Source of the DNA: a virus
Virus record (IMG/VR): IMGVR_UViG_3300037234_000386
Location: 8,324-72,323 of that record
DNA: 64,000 nucleotides
Direction: 5' to 3' (one strand)
Below the pieces are notes generated by a model, which worked only from the letters and a program-made list of their open reading frames with translations, did no database searches and was not told where the DNA came from. Within the stretch, counting starts at the first letter, position 1; every line of letters starts with the position of its first letter. Both the position numbers and the translations under genes were made by a program. This document shows positions 58,201 through 64,000 of the stretch, piece after piece.

Positions 58201-61200
58201 ATAACAGTAGAGGAATTTAAACAGGCTGTTAATGATGTTATATCGGAAACTGAACAAACTATTGATGAAATAACCGAAGAAGAATACAACGAAATATTCA
58301 GCGATTATGAAGACACACAAGAAATTGAATCCCGAAGAGAAGAAGAAACTACGAAAGTTCCTTTGGATGAAAAAGTTGAACGAGCTCAGAAAAAAGAAGA
58401 GCCAAAAGAAATAGTTGCACAGCGCGAAAAGCTTAAAGAGTTAGAAACTAATCTAAATAAGCTTAAAAAGGATAAGAATAAAGCCGTTGCGGATGCTTCA
58501 CAGAGAAGTGGTTTGTTTGGAGATACTAAAGCAGATCAAGATGCACCAGCAATGTTTGAAGAAACATTTGAAGTTAGTCAAGCTACCATTGAAAAGGTTA
58601 AAAAGCCTTTTAATGATAAAATTGTCGCTATTGAAAGAGAGATTGAAGCTACTAAGAAAACCATTGAAACGGGTAAAAAGGAGTTAGAGGGTCAGAAAGA
58701 GATTAAGCAAGAGCCTAAGAAATATGATGATGATACGTACATGCCAGAAGAAGATTGGAAAACTAACATCGTTAATGCTAGAGACTATGCTAATTTCTTA
58801 AAAATAGATTCTAAGGATATGAATCTTGAACAAATAGTAGATTCAATTACGGATTGGTATGAGAAGAATGATCCTACCTTGCAAGAGTTGTATAAATTGG
58901 GATATACTCCTGAACAAGTTAAAAAGATGTCAGCCCAAGACGAGGTAAGAATAACCAACGGGAAGATAAAAGCACCTAAAATTTCCGAGGACTTAAATAA
59001 GATTGCGGAAAAAATTCGCGAAGGAAAAATTAATAAACCAGGTGAATTAAAATCTTCTACAGGATTTGATTTATTATGGGATGGTTCATTGGAGATAGTT
59101 GCCAAAACATTAGAAGCAACATCTGATATTATAAAAGCCATTAATACTGCATTAACTAATATTCGAAATAGCGAATGGTATAAAAATCAGACGAAAAAAG
59201 AACAACAGGTGTTTGAGGATAAATTTACGGATCATGTAAACGACCTGTACTCAAAAGCCAAGGAACCAACAAAAGGAGAGAAAGAAGTTAGTCCATTGGA
59301 AAAAAGAGCCAAGGAAGAGCAAGCAGAACAGCGAGTAAAAGAGAAAGAAGTTAAGGCTATCAAAACAACCAAGGATAAAGTTAGACAACTTATTTTTGAC
59401 AGCAAAAAAGCCTACAAAAACTTTCAGGAAGAAGTTGTGGATGAAGGAGGTCAATTAACGGACAGAACGGATGCTTATAAAGCAGAAACACTTTCTCATT
59501 CAAAAGTTCTTAATACGCAAGAAGAGATAAATAAAGAGCAGGTGCAACCGCTATTAGAATCAGTAGCTAATATTTCTAAGAAGAATAATGTTACTGTAGA
59601 TAGCATTATGTATTACCTTATGGCAAAACATGCACCAGAGCGTAATCAGGAGTTGGCAGATAGAGAATTAGCAGAATACCGCAATAAGCTTGAAAAGAAG
59701 GACAAATTTTCTGAGGAAGAAATTGATAAAAAGGTAGCTAAGGAAAAAGCTAAGTTGGATAAAGCTATTGCCGATGGCAAATACAACAAATCAGGTATGA
59801 CTACTTCTGAAGCACAAGAAAACATTGTGTGGATGGAAGACAGAGTTGATCCTGCCGATTTAGCAAAACTGCATAAAACCACAAAAAACTTAACAAACAA
59901 GATATTGGACATGCAGCTTGACTATCAGCTTATCAGTCAAGAACAGTATGATAAGGTTAAAGAACTTTACGATTACTACGTTCCTTTACGAGGATGGGAC
60001 AGAACAGCTTCATCGGAATTAGTGTATAAGGAATCTTCTGGAGAGGGTTTTGCTGCACGAACACCAATTACCAAGGGTAGAACATCATTAGCAGATAATC
60101 CACTTGCTAATTTGCTTAATATGGCAGATGCTTTAATTGTTGAGGGTGAAAAAAATAGAATTAAGATTAGAGCAAAAGCATTCTTATCATCCAACAAAGA
60201 TTTTTTACAAGAAAAAGCAGGATTTAGAGTCACCTACAAAGTGATGCGAGAGGTTGATGTAACAAGGGATGGAAAGACAACAAGAGAGTTTCAGGAAATG
60301 GGTGAATATGAGTCTAAAAGTGAAATTCCAAAAGAGTTTAAAACTGACGAATTTAAGATAGTTACAAATGTTAATGCTTCTACAAAAGAATTTAAGGATC
60401 CTAAAAAAGCAAAAGATCACGAAGTGCATCTTATGGAAAATGGAGAACCTGTAATATTGCAGTATGAAGATCCACAAGTAGCAATGGCTTTGAATAATAA
60501 AGACTTTAATCAAAACCTTGAAAAAGCAACAGCAATACTTAATAAGAGCATTGGCCCAGTAACGCGATTTATGAGCAGTATGTTTACAAGTCGTAATCCC
60601 GGATTTATTATTCCAAATATGATGCGTGACTTTATGTTGGCCAACACTGTTCACTATGTAAAAGGAGGAGTTAAGCAGCAAGCAAAATTCATAAAGAACT
60701 TTGGCGCAATTCAGAAAGCATTAATACAAGGGCCAGATGCAGCCAGTAGCGATAAGTATCGAAAAATGTATTCTGATTTTAAAAAGATGGGTGGAGAAAC
60801 CGGTTATGTTCATATGAAAAACATAGAAGATTTTAAAAGAAGCATCCAAAATGATATTAAAGCACTTCAAGGCAATGCGTGGGCTACTACTAGAAAAGGG
60901 CTTAGAGCACCATTCAAAGCATTAGATAAAATGGCTGCATGGAGTGAAAATATGGCAAGATTAGCTACTTATGCTACAGCAATAGAAATGGGTGAAAGTA
61001 AGACAGAAGCAGCGAACCAAGCAAAGAATATTACTGTAAACTTTAATAAAAAAGGTAGAGTATCAGGATTATTAGGATCGCTATATGCTTTCTTCAATGC
61101 TGGATTACAAGGGGTGAACTTATATGGCAGTCTTTGGGAGCAGAATTGGAAGAGAATGAGTATTGCACATACTACTTTTATGGCAACAGGATTTTTAAGT

Positions 61201-62253
61201 GCAATGCTAACCGATATGCTAGGTAGTGAAGATGATGATGATCCAATGAGTGACCACATCTCTGATTACACCAAATACAATCACTTTATAATCCCTACAG
61301 GAAAAGATGAGTATGTAAAATTACCAATGCCTCATATATTTAGGATGTGGCATGGACTAGGATCTATGGGATGGGAAATTATGAAGGAGATGGGTAGAAT
61401 CGATATGATGGATGTTCCAAAAGAAGAACAAGAGCGATTGAGAGAAAAAGCTATTGGACAACGATTATCTTATTTTGCAAATAGTATTCCTCAAGACTTT
61501 TTACCAATGGATGTAGCTGGATTGTTGGACAAAGACGGAGAACTGAGCCGTTCACCAATAATGCCAACGTTTACAAAACCATTTTATGAATTAGGTCAGA
61601 ACAAAAATTTCATGGGATTACCGATATACAAAGAGCCATTTACTCCACAAGAAGAAAAGAAAATGGCTAGGTCACAAATGTATTTCCAATCCATAAACCC
61701 CACCATAAGAAATGCTACTAATTGGATATATCAAATGGGAGGTGGAGATTTAGCTACTGGAAGAAAACATTATATTGAAGGTGAGCAGGAGAAAGCGGTA
61801 AAACGTGTAATGGATATTAACCCCGAGCACATTGAACATTTAATAGGTGGTTATTTTGGTGGAACCGGTAAGTTTGTAAATAACGTTGCTCAAACAGCAT
61901 ATAGCATTGTCAATGATGATGAGATAAATATGGACAAGTTCCCTGTTGTACATCGATTCTTAGGAGATGCAAAGTTTGACCGATCAAGAGATGAGTATTT
62001 TAAGAACAGGGAGAAAGCGGATATTTGGATTGATCTTTACAAAGAAAACCTTAAAATAGGCAATAAGGAAAAGGTTAAGGCAATAGGAAAATCTAAGCAT
62101 TGGAAGCAAATACAGATATTCTCTGCTTATGATGATAAAATTAAAGATTTAAGAGATATGTTGAAGAAACCAGGTATTTCCGAAAAAGACCAAGAATACA
62201 TTGCCAAGCAAATAAAACTGCTTACAAGGCAGGCGAATAAAGAGATGGAATAA
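55267..62253 (+). CDS. Giant internal virion protein with C-terminal LPD38-like region
   Basis: EGLEESATQ motif, YYVPLRG, ITVNFNKKG...LYAFFNAGLQG, NKNFMGLPIY; the track starts at 55204, but the likelier ATG is 55267. Confidence 0.7.
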   Translation: MSTGKENNSKKIADVSTKEAFKNLSDKFISSPRFQELDEKKKVESLNKFYDKFGDDYVTQQGVKDPIKKQNLRDKWITTNTPAPSKKKDLAMPDFGKAFLQEPVHTADATRVAPTKDIDIERKLTSTFTNPTKDPKIEEELSLNLEKVTPVREAKAETASMEEPGYMGSFFNKFKAGSSRMGAGIARVPSFVYDIAAIPQNLFVDKILKRKDLQVRSPEWLRDNPIAEYYDAQVDYLTKNTKQYDNTITGYLKAGEYDKALGLTGLEVSESLPLMIGLAMGGIAGAPASVTIPAIGLEVGAEKQKQIEDVDISEAGKTYNSIVTGLAEGAFETIGTIKIAAIGAQLFKKVGKKEAQKIVKTGYKKTMENAMKRFYPVTGAVGEGLEESATQFTENLTDRWTGVDPDRNPMDGVGDAFIVGMAAGGGVTTGVKIAQKGTELTQKKGKKSEVEEKLEIVGETKGEVTEDQPSYKIGETTFETKEEFLGEVEKLKGKKDTPPIEVNNDETTLNEVSTILKPEVDKKDISKVNEVTIEGEQFAVTDRDIDGVTVKQKGVPEKDAKYKELTNEEFSTLIQKDEPTTDITGKGEVSETIDSKEKADAVTEESTSDRAKEMPGETGLEQRENLIKELETKTDRNAREDFLLEEAKTHVEYTKERQGIISEEKTKLKEDGFDVGKMENSQVALYENETVDGMAMDIIGTIKKGEVFDEIDFPDLPSGTEYAAVQKNIEDHIENGAELTPESQQAIETISNGIKSRRMNVLGGQQIDIRELEEEAIVKRMAKDSPALIKSLMDVYGESIPETSEEIIEFVDNLDTDETLKLYSYGKQAEQKGKVIGGEEGGISSVPSGKEVKEAKKEPSGGEVIVTKKIKKVVKYDKYGNLIKPKAVRVSKEEIEKHKTIKEYPEEFQGFVNDLVNNEEFLIGIDVPNSFKQLQPMIKNIIEGKKTVGANNLLDWLEESHSKGEIHFKKTKTQPAFSITVEEFKQAVNDVISETEQTIDEITEEEYNEIFSDYEDTQEIESRREEETTKVPLDEKVERAQKKEEPKEIVAQREKLKELETNLNKLKKDKNKAVADASQRSGLFGDTKADQDAPAMFEETFEVSQATIEKVKKPFNDKIVAIEREIEATKKTIETGKKELEGQKEIKQEPKKYDDDTYMPEEDWKTNIVNARDYANFLKIDSKDMNLEQIVDSITDWYEKNDPTLQELYKLGYTPEQVKKMSAQDEVRITNGKIKAPKISEDLNKIAEKIREGKINKPGELKSSTGFDLLWDGSLEIVAKTLEATSDIIKAINTALTNIRNSEWYKNQTKKEQQVFEDKFTDHVNDLYSKAKEPTKGEKEVSPLEKRAKEEQAEQRVKEKEVKAIKTTKDKVRQLIFDSKKAYKNFQEEVVDEGGQLTDRTDAYKAETLSHSKVLNTQEEINKEQVQPLLESVANISKKNNVTVDSIMYYLMAKHAPERNQELADRELAEYRNKLEKKDKFSEEEIDKKVAKEKAKLDKAIADGKYNKSGMTTSEAQENIVWMEDRVDPADLAKLHKTTKNLTNKILDMQLDYQLISQEQYDKVKELYDYYVPLRGWDRTASSELVYKESSGEGFAARTPITKGRTSLADNPLANLLNMADALIVEGEKNRIKIRAKAFLSSNKDFLQEKAGFRVTYKVMREVDVTRDGKTTREFQEMGEYESKSEIPKEFKTDEFKIVTNVNASTKEFKDPKKAKDHEVHLMENGEPVILQYEDPQVAMALNNKDFNQNLEKATAILNKSIGPVTRFMSSMFTSRNPGFIIPNMMRDFMLANTVHYVKGGVKQQAKFIKNFGAIQKALIQGPDAASSDKYRKMYSDFKKMGGETGYVHMKNIEDFKRSIQNDIKALQGNAWATTRKGLRAPFKALDKMAAWSENMARLATYATAIEMGESKTEAANQAKNITVNFNKKGRVSGLLGSLYAFFNAGLQGVNLYGSLWEQNWKRMSIAHTTFMATGFLSAMLTDMLGSEDDDDPMSDHISDYTKYNHFIIPTGKDEYVKLPMPHIFRMWHGLGSMGWEIMKEMGRIDMMDVPKEEQERLREKAIGQRLSYFANSIPQDFLPMDVAGLLDKDGELSRSPIMPTFTKPFYELGQNKNFMGLPIYKEPFTPQEEKKMARSQMYFQSINPTIRNATNWIYQMGGGDLATGRKHYIEGEQEKAVKRVMDINPEHIEHLIGGYFGGTGKFVNNVAQTAYSIVNDDEINMDKFPVVHRFLGDAKFDRSRDEYFKNREKADIWIDLYKENLKIGNKEKVKAIGKSKHWKQIQIFSAYDDKIKDLRDMLKKPGISEKDQEYIAKQIKLLTRQANKEME

Positions 62254-62275
62254 TAACAGGTAGAGCTAACTAAAA

Positions 62276-62737
62276 ATGGATATTATGAGATTAACTAACA
62301 ATTTTTGGCTAAAAGAATTTCTTAAAAGTCAAACAGCAATTCGCAAAGGAATAGACAATCGAATTGAAGGGAAACAGGTTGACAAGCTAGTAATGTTATG
62401 TACAAATGTACTCCAACCATTACGAGATCATTATGGACAGCAAATCACTGTAAATTCTGGATTTAGGAGTCCTGAATTAAACATTGCTATTGGAGGATCT
62501 AAAACAAGCCAACATTGTAAAGGAGAAGCCGCTGACATTGATACATTAAATGATAATGCTGAATTATTTGAATTTATAAGAGATAATTTATCTTTTGACC
62601 AGTTAATATGGGAATTTGGGAACTCGGATGATCCAGCATGGGTTCACGTTTCATTCAAATCAGTATCTAAAAATAGGGGAATGGTTTTAAAAGCGGAATC
62701 TATTAATGGAAAAACACATTACGCTAATATTACTTAA
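62276..62737 (+). CDS. Endolysin, peptidase M15A family
   Basis: NSGFRSPELNIAIGGSKTSQHCKGEAADI, FDQLIWE, WVHVS. Confidence 0.92.
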   Translation: MDIMRLTNNFWLKEFLKSQTAIRKGIDNRIEGKQVDKLVMLCTNVLQPLRDHYGQQITVNSGFRSPELNIAIGGSKTSQHCKGEAADIDTLNDNAELFEFIRDNLSFDQLIWEFGNSDDPAWVHVSFKSVSKNRGMVLKAESINGKTHYANIT

Positions 62738-62739
62738 TC

Positions 62740-62982
62740 ATGGACAAAGAACTTTTAAAAGAAGATAGCAAAATTAGCTCAATGAGATGGGCGTTGGTGC
62801 AAGTCATTAGGATGAGTTTCATCATTATTCTGTGCACAGGAGCATACATTATAATCAATTCGATTAGATGTGATACTATAGATTGGTCTGGTATTGGCAT
62901 CATGTTAGCTGGATTAACCGCATTCATTGGTGCAGCCGTAACAGGTAAATATTTCCAAAAGAAAGAGGAGAATAAATCATGA
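62740..62982 (+). CDS. Holin candidate (2 TM)
   Basis: SSMR motif, two TM segments, basic C-terminus; follows endolysin. Confidence 0.7.
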   Translation: MDKELLKEDSKISSMRWALVQVIRMSFIIILCTGAYIIINSIRCDTIDWSGIGIMLAGLTAFIGAAVTGKYFQKKEENKS

Positions 62983-63719
62983 CAGTAACCGAGATATTAG
63001 ACAAAACAGGCAAATTCCTCAGTAGGATTAGAACAGCAGTAACAGTTATTGTAGTTGTACTGTTAGCGTTCTACATGTTCAAAAACGGATATAATAAATC
63101 AGAGATGAATATTATTGCTGAAAAGGTTATTGGATTAGATATTCAAAACGATTTATTGAATGGGAACATAAGAGATCGCGATAGTATTATCCTAGCTGAA
63201 GCACACTCTAAAAAACTCCTTAGAGACTCAATTACCATGTCAATAGCAAGAGAAAAGGAATTGGAGAATAAGAACGCTATATTAAGCCGAAAATTCAACG
63301 ATATATCAGGGGTGCTTCTAAAGATACCTGCCGATAGTAGTTATTCGTTTTTAGATAAGACAGCGTATCCTTATGGTGGAGAAAAGAAGTATCCATTTAG
63401 TGACCCACAAGTAAAAGGGATTCACCGTACATATTTAGAACACCAAGGCTTAATAGCATTAAATGAGAATTTACAGAAACAAAAGGGTGAGATGTTTAAG
63501 CGAATCCACTTGCAGGAAGCAGAAGCAGCTAAGAATGCCAGCACAATGTCCCTTATGGAGGATAATAGAGATGATTTGGAGCAGAAAATTGAGAATAAGG
63601 ACGAAGTGATAGAGTTACAGGATAAAGCTCTTAAAAAGAACAAGAGAAAGGAAACGTGGCAGAAGATTGGTATTGGTGCAGGAGCGTTGCTTTTAGGTTT
63701 TCTAGCAGGAGGAGCATAA
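62979..63719 (+). CDS. Spanin-like / lysis accessory coiled-coil membrane protein
   Basis: N-terminal TM, coiled coil, hydrophobic C-terminus. Confidence 0.55.
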   Translation: MTVTEILDKTGKFLSRIRTAVTVIVVVLLAFYMFKNGYNKSEMNIIAEKVIGLDIQNDLLNGNIRDRDSIILAEAHSKKLLRDSITMSIAREKELENKNAILSRKFNDISGVLLKIPADSSYSFLDKTAYPYGGEKKYPFSDPQVKGIHRTYLEHQGLIALNENLQKQKGEMFKRIHLQEAEAAKNASTMSLMEDNRDDLEQKIENKDEVIELQDKALKKNKRKETWQKIGIGAGALLLGFLAGGA

Positions 63720-63740
63720 TACACTTACAAACAACGATAT

Positions 63741-63772
63741 AAAGAGGATTCATAGCGAGTCCTCTTTTTTTA
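63741..63772 (+). terminator. Terminator ending the late operon
   Basis: AAAGAGGATTC/GAGTCCTCTTT stem with T-run. Confidence 0.8.
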
Positions 63773-63851
63773 TGCAAAAATAAATCACAAAACATTTTTA
63801 TTAAAGGAAAATAATAAATATATTTGTCAAAGAAATTAATTAGAACACATC

Positions 63852-64000
63852 ATGTATTTAGAAAACGTAGAAACAAAAGACATTTTAAAAGAGAAGAAAT
63901 TCACCGTAGAGGTAGCTTACAGCTATGGAGAAAAGATTGTAACCATCAAAACGTTGGCTAATTTAAGTGATGATTTATTTGAAGACCTTGCACCGATACT
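63852..64000 (+). CDS. Partial ORF running off the window
   Basis: MYLENVETKD...; preceded by TATATTTG promoter-like box at ~63819. Confidence 0.5.
   Translation, partial: MYLENVETKDILKEKKFTVEVAYSYGEKIVTIKTLANLSDDLFEDLAPI

Noticed and set aside
54791-61259. Many antisense ORFs inside large genes
   Set aside because: Shadow frames of strongly biased coding sequence (Ser/Phe/Leu-rich) with no independent signals
31908-62253. Stop-codon reassignment as in some crAss-like phages
   Set aside because: Long genes are intact in the standard code, and TAG and TGA serve as normal stops

Overview
This window is most of an AT-rich Bacteroidota podovirus-like phage genome in the standard genetic code. 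Its terminase, portal, capsid and tail genes look crAss/Cellulophaga-phage-like. From left to right: (1) 1-2142, a tyrosine recombinase preceded by what looks like an integron-like cassette array with unusually large, gene-containing attC-like hairpins; (2) 2.1-9.8 kb, a recombination/repair module (GroES, YqaJ exonuclease, RusA, SSB-like protein, degenerate PolX, HNH, RecT-like annealase); (3) 9.8-21.4 kb, many small early-type ORFs on both strands, including a leftward operon punctuated by four copies of a covarying two-hairpin motif and a 1.3 kb strand-skew-switching non-coding region (candidate terminus, pac site or origin); (4) 22-31 kb, candidate sRNAs and structured leaders, accessory virion proteins (SGNH esterase, beta-rich proteins), a tandem GroES and a second HNH; (5) 31-62 kb, terminase, portal, scaffold, major capsid protein, tail, and ejection proteins including a ~2330-aa protein; (6) a lysis cassette. 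I saw no DNA polymerase, primase, tRNA, CRISPR array or reverse transcriptase. All product calls come from motif recognition by eye, not from database searches.
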